A stretch of 64,000 bases of DNA, taken from IMG/VR virus record IMGVR_UViG_3300025117_001212, one strand, 5' to 3'. The stretch comes from a virus. Below are positions 33,834-43,000 of this stretch, one piece after another (positions within the stretch are counted from its first letter, which is position 1; each line of letters begins with the position of its first letter). The position numbers and the translations under genes were made by a program. The notes beneath the pieces were generated by a model. It did not search any database. It was not told where the DNA came from and saw only the letters and a program-made list of their open reading frames with translations.

Positions 33834-34637
33834 ATGGCTTATTGCGATCTTGATGATGTTAAGAGACTTTTAAGTGTTCTCAGTAATGCATCTGGGAATA
33901 ACCAGTATAAGGTTAGATTTTCCGATGCATATGAGATACCGAAAGCCTATTCTACTAATCAAGGTAGCGGTATTCTTAAGGGAATAACTAGTATTGTGAC
34001 AAGCTATGCCGGAAGTGAACATTGGTGGATAGAATTCACTTCCGGCACTGCTTTTACTCTTTATCGTGGAGAGGATGAAAGTTCTCCTGATGGAAATGGT
34101 GACACATCTGCTAGTTTCACTTCTACTAGTGGTATTGTAACCATTGGCACTGCAATGTGGACTGGAACTCCACAATCTGGTGATAAATTCAAATTTAGAA
34201 CTGATTCAAATATAGCAACAGATGATGGCGATGAATTTATAAATGATGCCGATGCTATAATTACCGGGAAATTACATGAATTGATCGATAGCGATGAATT
34301 GGAGTTTACAGAAGTTCCAGCACTAATAGCTAGGGCATCCATGTACCAGTCAGCTAATCTAATATTTTCTTCAGTATTTTCGAATCTTAATACCGAAGAT
34401 GTTCCTCCTGCTATCAAAAGATATTCTAATCTATCGAGTGAAATGATCAGGACTTATTTAGCTTCACTTTCAGGCGTAAGGTTAAGAAAGGCTACTAAAC
34501 ATGCCAGATTCGTATCTAGGGAGCCTTTGTTTGAGAAAGTTGGCATAACTGAGGCCGAAGGTGTTGAAGGCATGAAGGGTGAAATCGATGCCGTTGATGT
34601 TGAGTATGACGAAGATTTCAATGAACAGGAATCGTAA
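33834..34637 (+). CDS. head-tail adaptor
   Basis: MAYCDLDDVKRLL start typical of gp6/gp36 adaptors; central beta insertion. Confidence 0.75.
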   Translation: MAYCDLDDVKRLLSVLSNASGNNQYKVRFSDAYEIPKAYSTNQGSGILKGITSIVTSYAGSEHWWIEFTSGTAFTLYRGEDESSPDGNGDTSASFTSTSGIVTIGTAMWTGTPQSGDKFKFRTDSNIATDDGDEFINDADAIITGKLHELIDSDELEFTEVPALIARASMYQSANLIFSSVFSNLNTEDVPPAIKRYSNLSSEMIRTYLASLSGVRLRKATKHARFVSREPLFEKVGITEAEGVEGMKGEIDAVDVEYDEDFNEQES

Positions 34638-36016
34638 TGGCTAAGAAACCAGGATTTGTATCGTGGAAAGAATATTTTTCATCTAGTAGTGAAGAACGTT
34701 CTTCCTATGGATTTACAATATACGGTCCTGGTGGTGAACCTGAAGGCAAGGCTGGATATGACTATATTGGGCAACAAATATATGAACAAGAAATGTATAA
34801 AGAAGGAGATCTAGAAGATAAAGCTCAGTTATACGATATTGAAAATTGGATTAAAAATAATCCTGATCTAACAAGAGAACAAGCTGATGAAGTCATAAGA
34901 AGTATGTTAGATTCAATGGCTTTCGAGGAAAGAGCTTGGAGATTAACATCAATTGGTCAAGTTGCAAAACTCAAAGGTGTTAAGGCTATTCAAAAACGTG
35001 AGCCAATAATCAGAGGAGGAAAGTCTGGAGCTTCTATTGATCTTAGTCCTCTTGAAGATTTTTTAAGTAATGTTGGTGAACTCGCTTTAGTTGGACAAGA
35101 GGATACTAGAAAATTGGCTGAGTTGATATATGATGATGTTGCAATATCTTCAGCAAGAAGCGTTTTAGCAGATGCTCTTGAAGATTATTTTTTATCCCAT
35201 CAAGATGAAATAATGGCCGGAGAGAATATTCTTAATTTAGCTAGAAAATTATTGTCATATTCGTTGACTATGCTAAATAATGTATCAGGAAATATAAATT
35301 CAATCATAGAAGCAATAGGCAAAAATGAAATATTGAGCAAATCAAGAGCATTTAAATTTTTCAGAGATATTACTGATAGTCAATTTAAGGAAATTGTCCT
35401 GTTTATATCTGGAATGATTGTAAAGATAGAATCAAATCTTAATTCAACTATTGAGCTTTTAAGCAAAAGAGATTTCAAAAATATTGTTGGTTTAATTTCA
35501 ATGCTTGATGAAATATATATGGTTGATTTAGAGTTTCTAACTAATAAACTTCAAACAATAAGAGATAATATCTCAAGTATGGATTTGGTTGAGGATCCTG
35601 TGCTAAGTAGAATTGTAGAATCTATGGGACAAACACTTAATGTGTCAAGTGAAATTGATGTTCTTGAACATTTAAATAATTTCTATATTAATGATTGCAA
35701 GAATATGATAATGGATGCCTATCCAAGATATGAATCATTTGAAAGATTTGAATTCATTGATGAGTTTAAAAACAGGGCTGGTAAAATAGATGTTTTTGAT
35801 ACAAAAATAGAAGAACATAAGTATAGGATGAAATATATATTTAGCCTTTCTGATGATATTACTCGATCATTATCTAGAATTGGAGTGTCTCAAGATTTAA
35901 TATTTAACATAAGGTCAATTATCAGCAATGAAATGTTTGGCAGAAATGATATTTATGAATCTGTGTTTAACCATTTCAGAAATTCTATAATAATGAAGGT
36001 TGAGGGCATAGAATGA
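34637..36016 (+). CDS. large hypothetical protein in the connector region
   Basis: 459-aa helical ORF coupled at both ends. Confidence 0.7.
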   Translation: MAKKPGFVSWKEYFSSSSEERSSYGFTIYGPGGEPEGKAGYDYIGQQIYEQEMYKEGDLEDKAQLYDIENWIKNNPDLTREQADEVIRSMLDSMAFEERAWRLTSIGQVAKLKGVKAIQKREPIIRGGKSGASIDLSPLEDFLSNVGELALVGQEDTRKLAELIYDDVAISSARSVLADALEDYFLSHQDEIMAGENILNLARKLLSYSLTMLNNVSGNINSIIEAIGKNEILSKSRAFKFFRDITDSQFKEIVLFISGMIVKIESNLNSTIELLSKRDFKNIVGLISMLDEIYMVDLEFLTNKLQTIRDNISSMDLVEDPVLSRIVESMGQTLNVSSEIDVLEHLNNFYINDCKNMIMDAYPRYESFERFEFIDEFKNRAGKIDVFDTKIEEHKYRMKYIFSLSDDITRSLSRIGVSQDLIFNIRSIISNEMFGRNDIYESVFNHFRNSIIMKVEGIE

Positions 36017-36474
36017 CAATTAACACAGATGACATGGTTAGAGATTTTGTGTTGAATACCAAGGTTATATTTGAAGATAATATGGCTTCTTTGGGGTTGA
36101 AAGAAATCTATACAGAAGATGTTTTGATTGTTCCAAGTTATCCATCAATTGCTATTTCATGTTCTTCGATATGGGGGACACCTAGAACGTTAGGCAGCAT
36201 AAGTGTCCGATATGAATTGGTATTTGTTGGTGAAATTTGGTATTACCATTCTTCTGTTAGTCCAGATATTCGTAAAAATTTGGTTATGGAACATGCGTAT
36301 AGGGTTTCAAATAGGTTGATCCAAAAAGCGTCTCTTAATAATTGGCTGGTAAACACAAGGGCAGTTTTCAGAAATTGTGTTTATATTCCAAGGCTAAGAT
36401 CAGGAACATTGCTTGCATCTGCAAGAATAACATTCACTGCACCTTATCAGGCTACGATAGCTACGATTACTTAG
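36013..36474 (+). CDS. tail terminator/completion protein
   Basis: YPSIAI ... VFVGEIWY; upstream of tail tube. Confidence 0.65.
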   Translation: MTINTDDMVRDFVLNTKVIFEDNMASLGLKEIYTEDVLIVPSYPSIAISCSSIWGTPRTLGSISVRYELVFVGEIWYYHSSVSPDIRKNLVMEHAYRVSNRLIQKASLNNWLVNTRAVFRNCVYIPRLRSGTLLASARITFTAPYQATIATIT

Positions 36475-36539
36475 ATTAGAATGTTTAGTGAGTCGCAATC
36501 ACTGTTACTTTCACCCATTACTTTGCGAGGTATTTAATC

Positions 36540-38564
36540 ATGGTGTATACGGTCGGACCAGCGGTTGGTGGTAAGGCTCAGATCGGGATAGCCGAAGAAA
36601 CCCGATGGGGCTATCCAGTCAGCCCTCCTAATAAATTTTTTGAGTTTACTGGCGAAGGTATTGTCAGTGAATATACTAACTTGGTTAGTGCTTCACTACG
36701 TGCCGATAGAGCTATTCATAAACAACGAACAGGAACTGAACAAGCGGCTGGAGATGTTAGTTTTGAGTTGGCTCCTGCTGGATTTGGAACTCTTTTCAAA
36801 CATGCTCTTGGCCAAAAAAGAACCAAGAGGCGTGATATTTGTGCAATTCTTATTTATGTAGGCGCTGATACTGACGTAACTGTAACGATCGCTGCAAATG
36901 CCATCAGCTCTGCCGGAACTACTGCTGGGGATCATATAGATCTTACCTTGGAATATACCCAAGCAGAACTCATAGCCGCTCTTGATGCTCTTGATAGTTG
37001 GGTGTGTTATGCACCGTGGGGTGATAGTACTACTGGAGTTGGTGGTGGCTATTTTTCAGTTGCAGATAAGACTGCTGCTGTTAAGATTCCGGGTACTGCT
37101 GATTTTACCCCTAGTGGTGATCTTACAGGATTGGTAGAAACTTGTACTGCTATTGAAGTTCCTGCTTATGCGGCTGATACTACTCATATGAAGTTTTTCC
37201 CGATTTGGTATAATTACGGCATTTATGATCATGTGATTGATTGTGCTGCTGATGTTCCACAAGGGTTGACTCTTGAAGTTGGTCGTGATGTTGCAGCTTT
37301 TAATTATTATGGTGGTAGAGTTAATTCGTTGTCTTTGACTGTTAATCCTGGAGAGATTGTTACTGGAACAACTAACCTGATGTTTAAGGGAGCAAGTACA
37401 TGTGGCGATCCTGCTGTTGTTGGAAGTAATACGGGATGGATTGCTCCATTGTGTGCTGTTAGGGATGCATCTGGAAATGCCAGTTCTATTCTTGATATAA
37501 ATACGGCTCTTGATGTTTGTACTTATAAGACTGGAGCGGGTGCAAGTGAAGTTTGGAAATTTGGATTTTCCCTAAAACGTGGGCATCATACGCATGATGG
37601 TTATTACTATGATGTCTCTACTGTACAAGGATTTCTTGAATTTCTAGAGTATTATACTGGTTATTTTAATGTAATCAGGTATGGTGGAGTTGATGGATCG
37701 GTAGCCACAACGGGTCTTGCTGATGATACTTATGAACCTGTAACTACTTCTGACCAAGTTATCACAATGGCTATTAGTGCTACCATTAAACCTCTTTTCC
37801 GTGGAAATTATATTGGAACAGATGCAGGTAATAGTGGAACTGTATATGTGGATGTAAGCACTGGCGGAGCTATTGACGGGGCTCATGCTGTATTTAAGGG
37901 CTCTATTAATGGTTCTGATTGGTCTGCCACTACACTAATCACTAATAATACTTGGCATGATATTCTAAATGCTGCTGGAGTTGATACTGGATTTGATGTA
38001 ATGTTTCCAGGACTTAGCACAACTGTTCTTACAGCCAATGATACTTGGAGTATCAGTACCTTTAAAGATGAGGCAAGCGGAGCCACTTATGAAACTGAAG
38101 AATCATTTACAGGATTCCAAGGATCAGTTACTCTAGATCGTGGTGATGGTTCTGGTGCAGTAGCTCAAGGCATCATGGGTTTTAATTTCACACTTACTAA
38201 TAATCTCTATGGCGATAAATATCATATTGGTGAGCGACAAAGAGCTGCTCTGGTTCCTCAACAAAGAACTGTTGAAGGAAGCATGTCTCTAGAGTTTGAC
38301 GATCTTGATATTTATCGTATGTTCGTTAATCAGGTTGCTGGTGACTTGACAGTTAATCTTATATCTGACGAATATATTGGTTCAAGTTCTGTTCATTATG
38401 GATTGGTCTTGAGATTTCCTAATATCAAATATTCAGGAACAACTCCAGTTGCTGGAGGTCCTGACATCATTACAACTGATTATCCTTTTAACGCATTGTA
38501 TGATGATGATGCTTCAATTCCTGAACTTAGAATGACCTTGACAAACAACACCGCTCACATCTAA
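36540..38564 (+). CDS. major tail tube protein with large insertion
   Basis: IGIAEETRWG, G.V..L.L ... RTVEGSMSLEF, YSGTTP ... LTN. Confidence 0.85.
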   Translation: MVYTVGPAVGGKAQIGIAEETRWGYPVSPPNKFFEFTGEGIVSEYTNLVSASLRADRAIHKQRTGTEQAAGDVSFELAPAGFGTLFKHALGQKRTKRRDICAILIYVGADTDVTVTIAANAISSAGTTAGDHIDLTLEYTQAELIAALDALDSWVCYAPWGDSTTGVGGGYFSVADKTAAVKIPGTADFTPSGDLTGLVETCTAIEVPAYAADTTHMKFFPIWYNYGIYDHVIDCAADVPQGLTLEVGRDVAAFNYYGGRVNSLSLTVNPGEIVTGTTNLMFKGASTCGDPAVVGSNTGWIAPLCAVRDASGNASSILDINTALDVCTYKTGAGASEVWKFGFSLKRGHHTHDGYYYDVSTVQGFLEFLEYYTGYFNVIRYGGVDGSVATTGLADDTYEPVTTSDQVITMAISATIKPLFRGNYIGTDAGNSGTVYVDVSTGGAIDGAHAVFKGSINGSDWSATTLITNNTWHDILNAAGVDTGFDVMFPGLSTTVLTANDTWSISTFKDEASGATYETEESFTGFQGSVTLDRGDGSGAVAQGIMGFNFTLTNNLYGDKYHIGERQRAALVPQQRTVEGSMSLEFDDLDIYRMFVNQVAGDLTVNLISDEYIGSSSVHYGLVLRFPNIKYSGTTPVAGGPDIITTDYPFNALYDDDASIPELRMTLTNNTAHI

Positions 38565-38571
38565 CTTTAAC

Positions 38572-38603
38572 TGCTGGGATTAGTGTCATAGCTAATCCCA
38601 GCA
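38572..38603 (+). terminator. hairpin after the tail tube gene
   Basis: TGCTGGGATTAG-N8-CTAATCCCAGCA, 12-bp stem, weak U-tract. Confidence 0.55.
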
Positions 38604-38873
38604 TTGTTAATCATGAAATTATTACCTATCATATTTTTTATTTTGACATTTTCGTTAATGGCAGCTAATTGGAGGCTATGCAGATTAGCAGAGATATATT
38701 CGGATTTTATCGGTAGGGTTGTTGTGCTATGTATTTACCTTGGCAAGTTAGAATTGATAAAAAGGGTGATCAAAATAGCACAATCAAAAGTAGATACATT
38801 TGAATTTGGGTATATCTTTAAGATCTGCTTAAAAATATTAAAACTTAATTTCATTACGGAGGCTATGGATTCT

Positions 38874-39224
38874 ATGAAAGGTGTACGTTTTAATACCCCA
38901 CATGATTATGTTTGTAAGGATGACAGAGATTTGCCTATTGGCGAACAAACGATTTTTAAGGTCCAGTATTTGGATTCAAAACAACAAGCCCAGATTAAAG
39001 ATGCTTTGTATGACGTTTCAGGAGTAGGTGCTACTAGGTCTGAAAAGTTCTTGACTGGAACTACAGCGCTCAAGGCTCTTGAAATGGGACTTAAAGGATG
39101 GGATAACTTTGTTTACGCCGATACCGGAGAAGAGATTCCTTATAGTGTAGAAAATTTCTCTTGTATTCCGCCAGCACAGAGGGATGAAATAGCTAATCAT
39201 ATTAGAGGTACTGAAGAAGCGTAA
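38874..39224 (+). CDS. tail assembly chaperone (G-like); frame open from 38604
   Basis: between tube and tape measure; GLKGWDNF; SD GGAGG at 38858. Confidence 0.7.
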   Translation: MKGVRFNTPHDYVCKDDRDLPIGEQTIFKVQYLDSKQQAQIKDALYDVSGVGATRSEKFLTGTTALKALEMGLKGWDNFVYADTGEEIPYSVENFSCIPPAQRDEIANHIRGTEEA

Positions 39225-39240
39225 TTTATGGGGTGGTTCT

Positions 39241-40092
39241 TTGAAATTTCCTATTTTAAAAAGATTAGATCCAAGAACCATCTTTGATTATGTTTGTAAG
39301 GATGATGACGATGATACTCCAACTATTTTTAAAATAAAACCTCTAACTGTTTTTGAATTTAAGTCTTGCGAGGAGGGTTCTCCTGATAGGGAAAACAATC
39401 AGCAACAATTAGGAGAATTCACCTTGAAGATTTTGCAAGCTGGCCTTGTTGGATGGGATAACTTCGTTTATGAAAATGGCGAAGTTATCCCATTTTCTTT
39501 TTCTAACATAGGTGCAATTAAGTATGATAATCAGGTTGAAATATTTGAAAACATAATGGATATTTCTGATGTTAGTGAAGAAGTTGCTAATGAAGTAAAA
39601 TTTGTCACAAGATGGTCTGATTTTGTTAGCAAATCAGATAAACAAGATTTGTGGAGTTGTGATACTTGTATTGAAAGAAAATTGTTCGTAGCTAGGAATT
39701 GTAATGGAGATATGCCCAATAGATGTCTTAATTGCAATATAGAAACAGATAATAGCAAGTGTCCCAAGTGTGGGAAGATTACTAAACCTCATTTCAAATT
39801 TATTTTTCCTGGAGATAATCCAAAGAATAGTTCTATTACAAGATGTCCTGTTTCGATGCTATCATCAAGGGCTGTTAAGTTAACTAATCTTATTAATTAT
39901 ATAGAATCATCTAAGTCTCTTCCTTTCGGAGGAGGAGCTTTAGACCAGACTAATTATTTCTATACTGCTAGGATGATAGTGCTATCAGAACAAAGTGATA
40001 TAATGAAACAAGAGTTGAAGCAAAAGTCACAACAGAAAAGCCCTTCAGTAACAAGAACAAGACCGCCTAGTCGTAGGATTGGTAGGAGATGA
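39241..40092 (+). CDS. tail assembly chaperone GT-like, paralog of the preceding gene, with zinc ribbon
   Basis: DYVCKDD, GLVGWDNFVY; C-terminal LPFGGGALDQ; CLNC...CPKC. Confidence 0.7.
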   Translation: MKFPILKRLDPRTIFDYVCKDDDDDTPTIFKIKPLTVFEFKSCEEGSPDRENNQQQLGEFTLKILQAGLVGWDNFVYENGEVIPFSFSNIGAIKYDNQVEIFENIMDISDVSEEVANEVKFVTRWSDFVSKSDKQDLWSCDTCIERKLFVARNCNGDMPNRCLNCNIETDNSKCPKCGKITKPHFKFIFPGDNPKNSSITRCPVSMLSSRAVKLTNLINYIESSKSLPFGGGALDQTNYFYTARMIVLSEQSDIMKQELKQKSQQKSPSVTRTRPPSRRIGRR

Positions 40093-40095
40093 TTC

Positions 40096-43000
40096 ATGGG
40101 AAAAGTAGAATCAAGAGAAATTAAATTCCTTGTTACTCTTAGAAATGAGATGCAATCAGGAGTGGCAGGATTTAAGAAAGATATAAAAGAAATAAATGAT
40201 GCTGTTGCTTCTGTTAGGGGAGCAATGGAAGATCTACAGTCCATGACTGAGATGAGCGGTAAGGGAGGGGCTACTGCTTTTGGAACAGCTACGACTATGT
40301 TGAAAGAATTTATAACAACTCTTGGAGAGTTTGGTAAAAAAGGTAAAGAAAAAAGTACCCTAGAAGCATTTAAATCCATATCTACATCATTCGAAAAAAT
40401 ATCCAAGGGCATAACAGTGGCTGAAAATTCTATGACTGTTATTACTAGAGTTGTAGAACAGTTAAACAAAGCTGCTGGATCGATAAAAGATCCTGCCGGC
40501 ATTTCAAGAGTAACAGAAGTTTTTAAAGAGATGGCAGGGATAGTTAAGGCTCTTTCTGCTGGAGGGGATACTGAAAAAGCATCTACATTTTTTAAGTCCT
40601 TGTCTGAAGCTGCTGCAAGATTCGGGCAGGGCGGAACAATGGTCACAGCAATCAAAGATATAGCTAATACTAAAGATGAATTAACTTCAGTGGCTTCTCT
40701 TTTAGAAAAAATTGTTACATTGATGTCATCTCCTGGGTTGGAAAGTGGGGCTTCTGCAATGGCTAGAGCTCTAACTGGAATTGGTGTGGGTGGAGGAGGT
40801 GGTGCTCCATCATCGTATATTAATTGGTCTGGAATGTCTGGAGGGATGATAGAAAGATTATCCAAAGATGTAGAAAAAAGAGGTATTGATAAAGAAACCA
40901 TTAATGCATTTGATAAATATATAAATAAAGTTAGATTTGTTTCACAAGAAATGGATGCTTTTGTGAAGCAAATGGTTGATAAGAAATCAGGAGATATATC
41001 AGGATTAGTTTCTCAAATGGAAAAAGGTTTATCAGGAGTTTTTTCAGCATCAGAACTTTCCAGCATTGCCACTAAATCAACATATGCCGAAGCAATTCCT
41101 GGTGAAATACAGTCTTTGGGATTGTTCAGAGGTACTGTTACTCATAAGGCCATTGAAGAAACTCTTAAACATTTAGGGGTTGGAAAAGGTGGCATAATTG
41201 GCGAAAGTTTTATTGAAATGATAACAAGTCAAGCATATAAGACTGAACAATTTGCTATCAATATGGCTAATGAAGCCAAGTCAGCTTCAGCAGCATTTAA
41301 GGCAATGGTTTCAGAAGGATTAAGCAAAGGAGGTGTTAATCCAGAAGCTCCTAAGATTAAAGAACAAATAGAAAGAGCTGCCGGAAATCTAGAAAGAGAA
41401 TTTATTACGTGGAGTAGGAATTTCTTTCCAATGCTAAGAGAAAGAGCTGTTAAAGCATTTGGAGGTGACATAGATGCCATAGCCAAAGGGTTACAATCAA
41501 CAAGAATTGAACTTGAGAAACCAATTCAAGCCTTAACTATGATTAAGCCCGGTGGCGGATTAGATATACAAGGAGAACTGAAAGAATCAGCCCAGAGATA
41601 TTTGAGAACAACTATTAAGCAAATGCGAACAGTTATAGGAGATAAAAGTCAATTTAAAGAATTCATGACTACTTTGAAACAAAGAGGATTAGCCATAACA
41701 GGAACCTTAGATTTGCTGGTTGATTTTGGCAAGCAATTTGAAAAATTAATTATTGATTGGAAAACAGGATATGCCGATCCAAAAGGCATGTACACTGTTT
41801 TACAACAGATGATCTACCAAATAGGAACTGCGAGACAATTAGGTGTTCCTATTGGCAAGGTAAAATCATTAATAGGAGCAACTAGAACTGGAACTTTCTC
41901 CCCTAGTGGGATGGATGTGTCTGCCACTGAGGTTAAAGGAGTTGCTGAAAGTTTTCAAAAAGAAAATGAACTTGCTAAAGAAAATAGTAAACTTACAGAA
42001 GAACAAGTTAAGTTAATGGATCAACTCATAGCTAGAAATAAAGAATTAGAAGCTATTAAACAGAGATTGAATTCTCTTGAAAAAAGTAGTAGAGCTTCTG
42101 CTCAAACTAAAGTAGCTTCAGTTGCGGCAATTGGAGGAGGAGCTGCTGGTGGAGCTGGAGGAGGTGGCCCAATAAGTGAAGACCCTGAACGATTAAATAG
42201 AATTGTTGTTATATATGATAATATGTCAACTGTAATTGAAAGATTACAGATGGTTAAAAGAGATGCTGCACTTGCAACATCAAAATTTACAGAAGCATTG
42301 ACCTCGGCATATTACAGACAAGAGATGTTAGGTGAAAAGACTGATATTACTTCAGCTAGGATGACTCAATATTCAAATATCATATCTAGCATAGCAACAA
42401 CTTTTGGTAAATTTTTCATTGTACAAGAGGGTGGAGCTTCTGTTCAAGATAGAGTATTTGCACAATTTGAAAGATTTAATAATATAGGTGGAGCTGTCGC
42501 TAAGAATTATGAGAAAATAAATACTCTAATTGAGAAGAGAAATAATCTGTTGTCTAGAGCAAAATATGAATTAGGAGAATCTACAAATAGAAATGCTTCA
42601 GGAGTTAAAACTGGAACCGTAGAAGATTTTTATGCCACAATGTCTAAGGTTGGAGCTGGAGATACTAGTAAAAAGTTAAAAGTTCTTGCTTTGAAAATGA
42701 GAGAATTTGATGTGCAAATAGGCATAGCTGAAAAAGATTATAAGGAATTTACCCATGCTCTTATTGCCGGAGCTAATGGTAGTGATGAATTTAAATTATC
42801 TACAGAAAAATCAACAGAAGAATTGAAAGAATTTTTTAAAATATTGAGAGAAGTAGATGAAGAATTTGCTAGGGCACCTTCTAAGATAGGAACTGCTGAA
42901 CAAGCAATACAAAGAATTACTCAAGCCATTGAGAGGCAGAGAACTGTTGCCCTTAAATCGCAACTTCCTGGTGGTGGTAGTTTTCAAACTATGATAAAAG

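Noticed and set aside
38604-38873. Hydrophobic N-terminal extension of the tail chaperone
   Set aside because: Homology with the paralog starts at ~38874 and a GGAGG lies at 38858; the extension may be fortuitous
39960-40901. 313-aa minus-strand ORF and the other antisense ORFs in the track (e.g. 12209-12664, 28818-29246, 59374-60467, 61274-63991)
   Set aside because: Shadows of well-supported genes on the opposite strand or frame; no SD or motifs
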